64,000 nucleotides of DNA from Macrostomum lignano (taxonomy: Eukaryota), in assembly GCA_002269645.1 (NCBI GenBank), contig NIVC01001565.1, positions 1 through 64,000 of the forward strand, in the 5' to 3' direction. Position 1 is the first letter of the stretch; the number at the start of each line of letters is the position of its first letter. Below the pieces are notes generated by a model that worked only from the letters and a program-made list of their open reading frames with translations, ran no database searches and had not been told where the DNA came from. This document shows, in pieces, positions 1 through 11,732 of this stretch. Made by a program: the position numbers and the translations under genes.

Positions 1-99
1 CTTCCAGATCCTCAGTTGCTAGAACATCCTCTCAGATCCTCTGTTGCTAGAACATCCTCTCAGATCCTCTGTTGCTAGACCAAAAGTCTCAGATCCTCA

Positions 100-760
100 G
101 TTTTTGTGCGCACCGCCAGCCTCCCAGATCCTGCAGTTGTTGGGCCAGCCTCCAGATCCTCAGTTGTTGGCCAGCCTCCCAGATGCTCAGTTGTTGGGCC
201 AGCCTCCCAGATGCTCAGTTGTTGGGCCAGCCCCCAGATGCTCAGTTGTTGGGCCAGCCTCCCAGATCCTCAGTTGTTGGGCCAGCCTCCCAGATCCTCA
301 GTTGTTGGGCCAGCCTCCCAGATCCTCAGTTGTTGGGCCAGCCTCCCAGATGCTCAGTTGTTGGGCCAGCCCCCCAGATGCTCAGTTGTTGGGCCAGCCT
401 CCCAGATGCTCAGTTGCTGGGCCATCAGCCTCCCAGATGCTCAGTTGTTGGGCCAGCCTCCCAGATGCTCAGTTGTTGGGCCAGCCTCCCAGATGCTCAG
501 TTGTTGGGCCAGCCCCCCAGATGCTCAGTTGTTGGGCCAGCCTCCCAGATGCTCAGTTGCTGGGCCAGCCTCCCAGATGCTCAGTTGTTGGGCCAGCCTC
601 CCAGATGCTCAGTTGTTGGGCCAGCCTCCCAGATCCTCAGTTGTTGGGCCAGCCTCCCAGATGCTCAGTTGTTGGGCCAGCCTCCCAGATGCTCAGTTGT
701 TGGGCCAGCCTCCCAGATGCTCATTTGCTGGGCCACCGCCAGTCTCCCAGATCTTCTGAT
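100..760. repeat. 29-bp minisatellite (CCAGCCTCCCAGAT[C/G]CTCAGTTGTTGGGC)n
   Basis: Directly visible tandem units. ORFs over it repeat with a 29-aa period (3 x 29 nt). Confidence 0.95.
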
Positions 761-1059
761 CTTCAGTATTGCTTGAATCAACTTTTTCGTGCAGTGCCGT
801 TTAAATCACAGGCCAATCGGTCCAATGAAATGATGTTTTCCGTATTGCGCTGCAAACAAATTGAAATGTTAGATTTTTTACTTTCCCGCTATCAATTTAG
901 TGCCTTGACTTGTTGGATTTGCTTTTTCATCCGTCTTTCTTGCGTGATTCAAATAAAAATGCAAAACAATATTTTGTCTAGCTGTGGATTTTGTAACTTT
1001 CTAATACTTATCTTGTTTTATTTCTTGATAGTTAACCATGGAATTGAGAATTTCTGCAT

Positions 1060-1790
1060 AGTCAGATTCTTCAGTTGGCGCCGGCTCCCCTTCAGATTCT
1101 TCAGTTGGCGCCGGCTCCCCTTCAGATTCTTCAGTTGGCGCCGGTTTCCCTTCAGATTCTTCAGTTGGCGCCGGCTCCCCTTCAGATTCTTCAGTTGGCG
1201 CAGGTTTCCCTTCAGATTCTTCAGTTGGCGCCGGCTCCCCTTTAGATTCTTCAGTTGGCGCCGGTTTCCCTTCAGATTCTTCAGTTGGCGCCGGTTTCCC
1301 TTCAGATTCTTCAGTTGGCGCCGGCTCCCCTTCAGATTCTTCAGTTGACGCAGGTTTCCCTTCAGATTCTTCAGTTGGCGCCGGCTCCCCTTTAGATTCT
1401 TCAGTTGGCGCCGGTTTCCCTTCAGATTCTTCAGTTGGCGCCGGCTCCCCTTCAGATTCTTCAGTTAGCGCCGGTTCCCCCTTCAGATTCTCCAGTTGGC
1501 GCAGGTTTCCCTTCAGATTCTTCAGTTGGCGCCGGCTCCCCTTTAGATTCTTCAGTTGGCGCCGGCTCCCCTTCAGATTCTTCAGTTGGCGCCGGTTTCC
1601 CTTCAGATTCTTCAGTTGGCGCAGGTTTCCCTTCAGATTCTTCAGTTGGCGCCGGCTCCCCTTCAGATTCTTCAGTTAGCGCCGGTTCCCCCTTCAGATT
1701 CTCCAGTTGGCGCCGGTTCCCCTTCAGATTCTTCAGTTGGCGCCGGTTTCCCTTCAGATTCTTCAGTTGGCGCCGGTTCCCCTCAGATTC
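1060..1790. repeat. 30-bp minisatellite (TTCAGATTCTTCAGTTGGCGCCGG[C/T]TCCCC)n
   Basis: Tandem units giving the 10-aa translation FRFFSWRRLP. Confidence 0.95.
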
Positions 1791-1885
1791 TTTATTTGAT
1801 AGCACGGGTGAAATTTGAATTCGTGCAACATTAATGCAACATTAATTAAAAATGTCCTATCGATATGTCCTACTTACAGTAGCGC

Positions 1886-3259
1886 ATGCGAGCCATCGTG
1901 CAGCGAGTCAGCCGAGCTGCTGTTGTGGTTGATGGGCCACCGTAGGCGAAATTGGCCGGGGCATCTGCGTCCTGCTGGGCATCTGCCAGTCCGACACCGC
2001 TCAGGACGCCGACTGGATGAGCAAGAAGTTGCTCAACCTGCGGCTGTTCGACGAAAATGACGAACAGGGTGGGAAACGATGGATGAAGAGTGTCCGGGAT
2101 CTCGGCTTGGAGGTGCTGGTCGTCAGCCAGTTCACGCTGCATGCGACGCTCAAGGTGACTCAGGCTGGGCCACCGCCATTCTCCAGATTCTCAGTTGCTA
2201 GGCCAGCCTCCCAGATCCTCAGTTTCTGAGCCAGCCTCCCAGATCCTCAGTTGCTAGGCCAGAATCCCAGATCCTCAGTTGCTATGCCAGCCTCCCAGAT
2301 CCTCAGTTGCTGTGCCAGCCTCCCAGATCCTCAGTTGCTGTGCCAGCCTCCCAGATCCTCAGTTGCTGTGCCAGCCTCAGATTCTCAGTTGCTAGGCCAG
2401 AATCCCAGATCCTCAGTTGCTGGGAGCCAGCCTCAGATTCTCAGTTGCTAGGCCAGAATCCCAGATCCTCAGTTGCTGGGAGCCAGCCTCAGATTCTCAG
2501 TTGCTAGGCCAGAATCCCAGATCCTCAGTTGCTATGCCAGCCTCCCAGATCCTCAGTTGCTAGGCCAGAATCCCAGATCCTCAGTTGCTGTGCCAGCCTC
2601 CCAGATCCTCAGTTGCTGTGCCAGCCTCCCAGATCCTCAGTTGCTGTGCCAGCCTCCCAGATCCTCAGTTGCTGTGCCAGCCTCAGATTCTCAGTTGCTA
2701 GGCCAGAATCCCAGATCCTCAGTTGCTGGGAGCCAGCCTCAGATTCTCAGTTGCTAGGCCAGAATCCCAGATCCTCAGTTGCTGGGAGCCAGCCTCAGAT
2801 TCTCAGTTGCTAGGCCAGAATCCCAGATCCTCAGTTGCTGGGAGCCAGCCTCAGATTCTCAGTTGCTAGGCCAGAATCCCAGATCCTCAGTTGCTGGGAG
2901 CCAGCCTCAGATTCTCAGTTGCTAGGCCAGAATCCCAGATCCTCAGGTCTGGCCCAGCCTCCCAGATCCTCAGTTGCCCAACCTCCCAGATCCTCAGTTG
3001 CCCAACCCAATTTCTTTCTCAAAAAACATGGCAGGGCAACAAGCCGGACTTCCGCCGCGCCATGGCCACCGACCAGGCCGAGAAGATGTACGCCGACATC
3101 CTGGAATCGATGCGCCGAGACTACCAGGAGGACAAAATCAAAGCCGGAGTGTTTGGCGCCATGATGGAAGTCAGCAGCACCAACTGTGGCCCGGTGACCA
3201 TCAGTTTGGACACTCGGGAGCCGAAGACTGCTCAGCAAACCGATGAGGCAGCAACTTGA
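1886..3259 (+). CDS. DTD1: D-aminoacyl-tRNA deacylase 1; exons 1886-2154 and 3035-3259, with a 1-nt frameshift at about 1934-1936
   Basis: MRAIVQRVSRA N-terminus, GICVLLGI, LNLRLF, VLVVSQFTL, KGNKPDF and the NCGPVT Gly-Pro motif. Phase-0 intron with GT at 2155 and AG at 3033-3034. One extra G at GATGGG(G)CC is needed to keep frame. Confidence 0.93.
2160..3005. repeat. 28-30-bp minisatellite filling the DTD1 intron, same family as 100-760
   Basis: Units such as GCCAGCCTCCCAGATCCTCAGTTGCTGT and GCCAGAATCCCAGATCCTCAGTTGCTGGGA. Confidence 0.93.
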
Positions 3260-3454
3260 TGCTGGACTATTGCTAAATAGTGTAGAAATATATTTTAGTA
3301 ATTCTGCTGCTATTTGCCAATTCTCAAAAGTGTAACATGGGTAGCTAATATTGTGAGTGTAAAGCAGATCTAAATTTGCTTTTCTTATTCATTTTTATTT
3401 AATTTTCTGTTAGTCTGTCGTGCTTCACGACTGAGTCCCAATTCTTATAGTTGT

Positions 3455-3985
3455 GTCTGCCGCTATCCCAGCTCCTCAGGGTGTGTCCACACCTATCCCA
3501 AATCCCCAGGATGCGTCCACACCTATCCCAAATCCCCAGGATGTGTCCACAGCTATCCCAAATCCCCAGGATGTTTCCACAGCTATCCCGAATCCCCAGG
3601 ATGTGTCCACAGCTATCCTAAATCCCCAGAATGTGTCCACAGCTATTAAATCCCCAGGATGTAGCCACAGCTATCCCAAATCCCTAGGATGTGTCCACAG
3701 CTATCCCAGCTCCTCAGGGTGTGTCCACACCTATCCCAAATCCCCAGGATGTGTCCACAGCTATCCCAAATCCCCAGGATGTTTCCACAGCTATCCCGAA
3801 TCCCCAGGATGTGTCCACAGCTATCCTAAATCCCCAGAATGTGTCCACAGCTATTAAATCCCCAGGATGTAGCCACAGCTATCCCAAATCCCTAGGATGT
3901 GTCCACAGCTATCCCAGATCCTCAGGATGTGTCCACAGCTATCCCAAATCCCCAGGATGTGTCAGCAGCCTCCCAGATCCTTAGG
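3455..3985. repeat. 30-bp minisatellite (CCACAGCTATCCCAAATCCCCAGGATGTGT)n
   Basis: Tandem units giving the 10-aa translation STAIPNPQDV. Confidence 0.93.
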
Positions 3986-4844
3986 TAATGCAGTGGCCAT
4001 GCAGTCGATATACGAGTATCCGGTCGACCGAATTTGTCTATGGCTAAACCACACTAAGCGATGTATATGTGTTCTTGATGAGAGCATACTAAATCCAAAT
4101 GAATCACTGCCCATTTCTTAGAAATCGATTGCAACCTGCTACTTAAATCGGCCGAGATTCTTCTACAGATTTTGGGTACACCAAGTCACTGACAACTTAA
4201 AACACGCTTATTGCAGAGAGGAATTTCTTTGCACAAAGTCGATGTTAAAAAAGTACAAATAAGAATGACCGAGCCGAGACTTTATATTTTAGGATTATTA
4301 CATCATTTTTTCCTTCTTGTATTAAATTAGTATGGATATTTCCAAAGCAGCTACTCCACAACAGTAGTAACACGCGATACAAGTTCCCACGAATTCAAAA
4401 GCCTGAATAACTATTCACAATTACGAATAATTTAGAAGTGCATAAAAACGATAGATTATGAATGTAAAAAGCGAACGGATAAAAAAAAGAATTACAAGAC
4501 AGACGGAGACTGCGACAGACAGGGCCGAGCAAGTGCTAAAAATAGATACATTATTATTCGAACACTGCACAGCTGGTATGTAATTCGCCAGTTTTATTAC
4601 TCGTGTATATTATTAACAATACTAGCTGAGAACGCACATTGCATGACGTGAGTTATTATTTAAACAGGTAAGTTAGTAAATTATTACAGTGGGTCATTCG
4701 AATCGGGCATCGGACACCAGGCAATCCAAGCAAGGTTTCTCAGACAGACAAAATCCCATAGAAGCCTGTGGTTAACTGCGAAAAATACTTACGCTAAAAT
4801 ACATAAACATGGTAACAGCAATTCACATAAATTAGTGGGATAAA

Positions 4845-5160
4845 CTCTCCAACCCCCTAAACAACCGCCCTGGCACCCCATAGCAGTCAGTGGGATAAAC
4901 TCCCCGAAACAACCGCCCTGACATCCCATAGCAGTCAGTGGGATAAACTCCCCAAATCCCCAAAACAACCGCCCTGGCACCCCATAGCAGTCAGTGGGAT
5001 AAACTCCCCAAATCCCCAAAACAACCGCCCTGGCATCCCATAGCAGTCAGTGGGAAAAACTCCCCAAATCCCCTAAACAACCACCCTGACACCTCAGCAG
5101 TCAGCGGGATTAAACTTCTCAAATCCCCAAAACAACCGCCCTGACACTCATAGCAGTCAC
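4845..5160 (-). repeat. 56-bp tandem repeat 3' of SUMO copy 1
   Basis: Reverse complement of the array at 18120-18520, with more degenerate units. Confidence 0.88.
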
Positions 5161-5187
5161 CGAGAATGAGTCGCACAGCCCAGCTGC

Positions 5188-5454
5188 TCACACGCAGCCG
5201 CCGACCTGAGACTGGAACACCTCAATCGTGTCATTCTCCTCCATGTCCAACGTGGCCGGGGTGTCCGACTCCTCCACATTGTTTCCGTCGAAGATGAAGC
5301 GGACGGTCTGTGCCCGAAGGCCCAGCCTATCGCAGTAAGTGGTCATCAGCTTCCTCAGCGGGGTGTTCTTCTTGATCTTGAAGTGGATCACGGCCCCGTC
5401 CTGGCCCTGCACCTTCAGGTTGATGTGCTCGCTGGAGGCGTTGGTTCCCGACAT
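5188..5454 (-). CDS. SUMO: Small ubiquitin-like modifier (SUMO), intronless, 88 aa, copy 1
   Basis: [53 protein letters not shown]. This is a SUMO/Smt3 pattern with a di-Gly motif and a 2-aa tail. Confidence 0.96.
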   Translation of the reverse strand: MSGTNASSEHINLKVQGQDGAVIHFKIKKNTPLRKLMTTYCDRLGLRAQTVRFIFDGNNVEESDTPATLDMEENDTIEVFQSQVGGCV

Positions 5455-6110
5455 GCTGGCTGCTGAGTAGTGCTCAAGTGAGAGCTCACTGGCTGAAAGA
5501 GAAGCGAGTGGGTGAGGAGTGAGCAACTCAGTGCTGAGTAGTGCTCAAGTGAGAGCTCACTGGCTGAAAGAGAAGCGAGTGGGTGAGGAGTGAGCAACTC
5601 AGTGCTGAGTAGTGCTCAAGTGAGAGCTCACTGGCTGAAAGAGAAGCGAGTGGGTGAGGAGTGAGCAACTCAGTGCTGAGTAGTGCTCAAGTGAGAGCTC
5701 ACTGGCTGAAAGAGAAGCAAGTGGGTGGGGAGTGAGCAACTCAGTGCTGAGTAGTGCTCAAGTGAGAGCTCACTGGCTGAAAGAGAAGCGAGTGGGTGAG
5801 GAGTGAGCAACTCAGTGCTGAGTAGTGCTCAAGTGAGAGCTCACTGGCTGAAAGAGAAGCGAGTGGATGAGGAGTGAGCAACTCAGTGCTGAGTAGTGCT
5901 CAAGTGAGAGCTCACTGGCTGAAAGAGAAGCGAGTGGGTGAGGAGTGAGCAACTCAGTGCTGAGTAGTGCTCAAGTGAGAGCTCACTGGCTGAAAGAGAA
6001 GCGAGTGGATGAGGAGTGAGCAAATCAGTGCTGAGTAGTGCTCAAGTGAGAGCTCACTGGCTGAAAGAGAAGCAACTGGGTGAGGAGTGAGCAACTCAGT
6101 GCTAAGTAGT
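5455..6110 (-). repeat. 71-bp tandem repeat (about 9 copies) immediately 5' of SUMO copy 1
   Basis: Period 71 (e.g. 5461 to 5532). The last unit runs into CAGCAGCCAGC-ATG. Confidence 0.95.
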
Positions 6111-6294
6111 ATTTAAGTAAGAGCTGACTAGCTAAAAACAATTGAAAAATGGTTTTTTTCTCAAAAGATAGGCATAATTATATCTGATTTATATTATTAT
6201 TATCTTCAAAAAAATTAAACAAATCATTTTCTTGAATTTGTTTTATAAACTTGCTTTACCATTAAAATTAAATAAAATTAATGCTAGTATAGTC

Positions 6295-6565
6295 TATACA
6301 TGCGCAACTGCTTGCCGACCTGGCCGATCTGGCCATGTAAATTGTGGTAGACCAGGGGTAAGTTGCAAAAATGCCCAGCCTGAAAAATACAGATGTAGTA
6401 CTAATTAGATGATGAGGCATTTAGCCCTTTTAAGACAGTCATAGGCCTAGTTACTCTTGCCATTTACCCAAAATTGCATTAGGGTTTCTTTTACAGTTAA
6501 GTTGCATTTTTGGTCAAAAAGTAAGTCGCATGGCCAGTATAAATCAGGGGGGTTGTGCATGTATA
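6295..6565. mobile_element. MITE with 14-bp TIRs and 8-bp TSD
   Basis: TATACATGCGCAAC ... GTTGTGCATGTATA, with GTATAGTC on both flanks (6287-6294, 6566-6573). Confidence 0.7.
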
Positions 6566-7318
6566 GTATAGTCTTATTAACTTGACTATTTGATCATTTA
6601 TTAAAAACTAAAGTAGCACTTTAAATATTCATATTATTAATTTATGAAGCCAAAAAATATGATTTTTAACCAAAGGCAATAATAGCTAATATATTACAAA
6701 AATGTTTATATATAAGAATTATGATTTAATGTTTTTAATTATATAGTTTATATATGCAGACCTAGTTTTTTGATAGTTATAAATGTAATTTTTGAGCTAA
6801 TAACAATAATTTTTTATTTTGTTGTGATAACTAACAGGATATTAAGTACAACAATAAGTATTTAAAATAAGATAATATTCATAGAAAGAAAGCCATGATT
6901 ATATATTTTTAAATATCAAACCTATAAGAAACCAATAGAAATCTTTAGCAACTTATAAAGAAAAAATGTACCAACTTATGAAACTTATCAAATATAGAAC
7001 AAAAGGAAATAGCATAGCATAGGCCTAGCAACTTTCTTATATACTTTTAAAGGAAACTTTTACTTTTACTTTTATTATTATATTAGTTTTAGCAACAATT
7101 TTTTCACTTTTTTATTATTTTCTTTAAAAAATGCATTTTATATTTAGTTTAACATTGTCAAATGACAATGAACACTTTCTATGTTTTCTTATATTATAGT
7201 CAGAGATATTATAGCATCTTGACTTTTTAAATTGCATTTTTTCATTAGATTAGGGGGCCTAGACCTTGTCCTTAGCTTAGAACAATTTTGCATCCTAGCA
7301 TTAGCAAAAAATAGGTGC

Positions 7319-7803
7319 CAGCTTTGGTTTGTGATCATTTAAATGGAGCGCATAAGTAGAAATGATCATAAACCAAAAGTGAGAAGGAGGTGTAGCACTA
7401 AAGATTAATTTTAGTAAGGGTAAGAGCTTCCATTTAGGAGTTTACAGGCAATGTATAATGTGGAATCAGAAGCCACAGTACAATGGTCTCAAAATTTTAT
7501 ATTTTGATACCCTTGATCTGGAATAAGCAGTTTTCTGTGACTATTTGACATGCTTTTTCTATAGCCAACTTCGGTTTACGATCATATTAATGAGAAATGT
7601 ACATTTGGGTGATCGTAAAGCGAAAGTGATATCCTATATACTAAGATATAAGCTACTAGTAGCGAATCGATGTTTGAAAACATTTGACATTTGAAAACCT
7701 TTTCGATCGTTTGAAACTAATGTCGGTTTTTGTCTTACAACGAGTAAAATATAAGGTGGTCGTAAACCAAAGCTAGCAAAATAGGTGATCGTAAACCGAA
7801 GGA
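7319..7803. mobile_element. Degenerate foldback/MITE-like element built from TT(C/T)GGTTTACGATCA inverted blocks
   Basis: CAGCTTTGGTTTGTGAT (about 7319) is inverted relative to GTCGTAAACCAAAGCTA (about 7760). An internal inverted pair lies at about 7566-7627. No TSD was identified. Confidence 0.4.
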
Positions 7804-8409
7804 TCGCCATAATTGATTTGTATGGATTGTATGGACAGAGTTGAGTTGTGGGCCGTGGTACTGGTAAGTCTATTGGCTGCTATTATTAGAATCAGGGTTA
7901 GGCCTATATCTAATTTACAAACTCAGACCTGGACTTGGACCCAGACCAATATAATTTTCATATTTGTTATTTTATGGACCCGGATTACCTATTTTACAGA
8001 CTTTAATCAAACTTTCTAGTTGGGGTATTATTAACATTTTTTCTATAAAGCTCTTTATTTAATTTTAGTGTGCATTCAAATATTCAATATAATTGAATGA
8101 ATGTTTTGAAATCAATAAGTCTTAAATTAGATATTGGTCCAGGTCTAAATCAGTGTACAACAGTCCGTAAATTAATTATAACTATAAAGCAGTTATGTAG
8201 GGGCCTATTGGTTTCTGGACAGACATTTAGACAGACATTCAGAAATCATTTAGGCCCCTAGTAAATGTTTAACAAAATTATCTATTTAGTATATACTAGC
8301 AATCTTTGCCCCCCGATGGGGGACATCTGGATAGAATCCTTGTTTTTTACAAATAACAAATAGACAGCGAAATAAAGCCTTCAGAAAAAACAACAGACAT
8401 TCCCTCTTA

Positions 8410-9230
8410 AAAACAAAACATCCCAAGACAGCAAGCATCCTCAGACAACATTCAAGCATTGATCCCCAAATAGCAAGCATCCCCCAGACTGCAAGCATCC
8501 CCAGATAGCAAGCATCCCCAGATAGCAAGCATCCCCCAGACTGCAAGCATCCCCCGATAGCAAGCATTCCCCCAGACCCCAGATAGCAAGCATCCCCCAG
8601 ATAGCAAGCATCCCGCAGATAGCAAGCATCCCCCAGATAGCAAGCATTCCTCAGATAGCAAGCATCCCCCAGATCGCAAGCATCCCCAGATAGCAAGCAT
8701 TCCCCCAGACCCCAGATAGCAAGCGTCCCCCAGATAGCAAGCATCCCCAGATAGCAAGCATCCCCCAGACTGCAAGCATCCCCCCGATAGCAAGCATTCC
8801 CCCAGACCCCAGATAGCAAGCATCCCCAGATAGCAAGCATCCCGCAGATAGCAAGCATCCCCCAGATAGCAAGCATTCCTCAGATAGCAAGCATCCCCCA
8901 GATCGCAAGCATCCCCAGATAGCAAGCATTCCCCAGACCCCAGATAGCAAGCGTCCCCAGATAGCAAGCATCCCGCAGATAGCAAGCATCCCCCAGATAG
9001 CAAGCATCCCGCAGATAGCAAGCATCCCCTAGATAGCAAGCATCCCCCCCCCCAGATAGCAAGCATCCCCCAGACAGCAAGCAACCCCTGATAGCAAGCA
9101 TAACCTGGATACAAAGATACCTTATAGATATCTAGCAACCCCCTCTCAGATAGCAAGTACTCTCCACCCCCAAGAGCAAGCATCCCCCTGATAGCAAGTA
9201 TCCATCCTTAAATAGCAAGCATCCACCAGA
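8410..9230. repeat. 18-19-bp minisatellite (CAGATAGCAAGCATCCCC)n
   Basis: Directly visible tandem units. Confidence 0.93.
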
Positions 9231-9299
9231 GAACAAGTAGCTAGTGCAACAATTTCCTTAGCTTTATAATGGTTTCATTTTGTTTGGCATGACACTTCT

Positions 9300-11100
9300 T
9301 TTATGTTTGAAATGGTGTCTCTTTTTTGTTTAAAAAAGTGGCTTTTTAATGTTTGACATGGTAGCTCTTTTGTGTTTGACATGATAGCTCTTTAATGTTG
9401 GACGTGGTGGCCCTTTTGTGTTTGACATGGTAGCTCTTTAATGTTTGACATGGTGGCTCTTCTATGTTTGCCATGGCGGCCCTTTTACGTTTGAAATGGT
9501 GTCTCTGTTATGTTTGACATGGTGGCTTAGTTGTTTGACATGGTGGCTCTTCTATGTTTGACATGGTGGCTCTTCTATGTTTGACATGGCGGCCCTTTTA
9601 CATTTGAAATTGTGTCTTTTTATATTGGGCATAATGGCTCAATAATGTTTTGACATGGTAGCTCTTTTATGTTTGATATGGTGGCTCCCTTATGTGTGAC
9701 ATGGTGTCTTTTTTATTTTTAATGTTTGACATGGAGTCATATATGTTTGACATGGAGTCATATATGTTTGACATGGAGTCATATATGTTTGACATGGTGG
9801 CTCTTTAATGTTTGACATGGAGTCACGTATATGTTTGACATGGTGGCTCTTTAATGTTTGACATTGAGTCACGTATATGTTTCACATGATGGCTCTTTTA
9901 TGTTTGACATGATGGCTCTTTTATGTTTGACATGGTAGCTCTTTTATATTTTACATGGTGGCTCTTTTATGTTCGACATGGCTGATCTTGAATGTTTGAC
10001 ATGGTGGCTCTTTAATGTTTGACATGGTGGCTCTTTAATGTTTGACATGGTGGCTCTTTTATGTTCGACATGGTGGCTCTTTTATGCTCGACATGGTGGC
10101 TCTTTAATGTTTGACATGGTGGCTCTTTAATGTTCAACATGGTGGCTATTTTATGCTCGACATGGTGGCTCTTTTATGTTTGACATGGTGGCTCTTAAAT
10201 GTTTGAAATGTTGTCTCTGTTATGTTCGACATGGTTTCTCTTGAATGTTTGACATGGTGGCTCTTTAATGTTTGACATGGTGGCTCTTTTATGTTCGACA
10301 TGGTGGCTCTTTTATGCTCGACATGGTGGCTCTTTAATGTTTGACATGGTGGCTCTTTAATGTTCAACATGGTGGCTATTTTATGCTCGACATGGTGGCT
10401 CTTTTATGTTTGACATGGTGGCTCTTAAATGTTTGAAATGTTGTCTCTGTTATGTTCGACATGGTTTCTCTTGAATGTTTGACATGGTGGCTCTTTAATG
10501 TTTGACATGGTGGCTCTTTTATGTTTGACATGGTGGCTCTTTTATGCTCGACATGGTGGCTCTTTTATGTTTGACATGGTGGCTCTTAAATGTTTGAAAT
10601 GTTGTCTCTGTTATGTTCGACATGGTGGCTCTTTTATGTTTGACATGGTAGCTCTTTTATATTTTACTTGGTGGCTCTTTAATGTTTGACATGGTGGCTC
10701 TTCAATGTTCAACATGGTGGCTCTTTAATGTTCGACATGGTGGCTCTTTAATGTTTGACATGATGGCTCTTTTATGTTTGAAATGTTGTCTCTGTTATGT
10801 TTGACATAGTGGCTCTTTAATGTTCGACATGGTGGCTCTTTTATGTTTGACATGATGGCTCTTTTATGTTTGAAATGTTGTCTCTGTTATGTTCGACATG
10901 GTGGCTCTTTAATGTTTGACATGGTGGCTCTTTAATGTTTGACATTGAGTCACGTATATGTTTCACATGGTGGCTCTTTTATGTTTGAAATGGTGGCTCT
11001 TTTATGTTTGACATGGTGTCTCTTCTGTGTTCTACATGGTGGCACTTTTTTTTTGTTTGGCATGGTGGCTCTTTTATATTTGACATTGCGCTTCTTTTAT
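9300..11100. repeat. About 23-bp minisatellite (ATGTTTGACATGGTGGCTCTTT[T/A])n with a 230-bp higher-order duplication
   Basis: Tandem units. The variant block starting TGTTCAACAT recurs at 10131 and 10361. Confidence 0.92.
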
Positions 11101-11146
11101 GTTTAGCATTTTGTGTTTTAAAGTGTTTTAATAAAAAAATGTTTTT

Positions 11147-11213
11147 GCACTACTAAGATTCGAACCCAGGTCGCTACATTAGCAGTCCAGTCTGTTCCCA
11201 TCTTGGCTATCTC
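11147..11213 (-). pseudogene. tRNA-derived (Ser-GCT-like) pseudogene or SINE head
   Basis: Minus strand has A-box-like TAGCCAAGATGG, loop CTGCTAA and T-arm CTGGG-TTCGAAT-CTTAG. The acceptor stem does not pair. Confidence 0.4.
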
Positions 11214-11732
11214 TTTTCAATTGGAGAACATGTATTGTGGCCCTTATAATTCAATTCTTATAGCAAGTCAGTTAGAGTAAAAAGTTATGACATAATCAAT
11301 TTCTCAGTCAGCCAGTATCAGTCTCAATTCAAGTTAGCAATATGGTTACGCAATTACAATCAAGTCTTGTGTGCATTTTTTCGACACTGTTTTCATCTTG
11401 TTGTGATGCAATCTTTATCACAATTGAAATTCAGTCAGTCAGTTTTTTCTTTCGCATTTTTACAATTCATTTCAGGTCGAAAGAGCTGCTTGACCTTTGC
11501 AAAAAAGCATGTTTTTCGAATATTTAATCCCTTTAAAATTGAGCAATTTCTTAGCCAAGATGCATGTACCGTCCCAGGAAAATTTCTGATCAAATGGTGC
11601 AAGTTTGAAGAAAATCGGTTGAGCCACTTTTTCTGAAATCTATCGCATAGCTAGATAGTTACAGACATTTCATTTTTAGTATATATGAAGACAATATGAA
11701 TTTCTCAGACTTCTAGACTTTCTAGACTTCTA

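Noticed and set aside
44-1834. Long ORFs (434, 234, 217 aa) at the window start
   Set aside because: They are translations of 29/30-bp satellites, open in several frames, with periodic peptides and no domain.
11147-11213. Functional tRNA-Ser gene
   Set aside because: The acceptor stem does not pair and the long variable arm of Ser tRNAs is missing; it is listed only as a pseudogene or SINE head.
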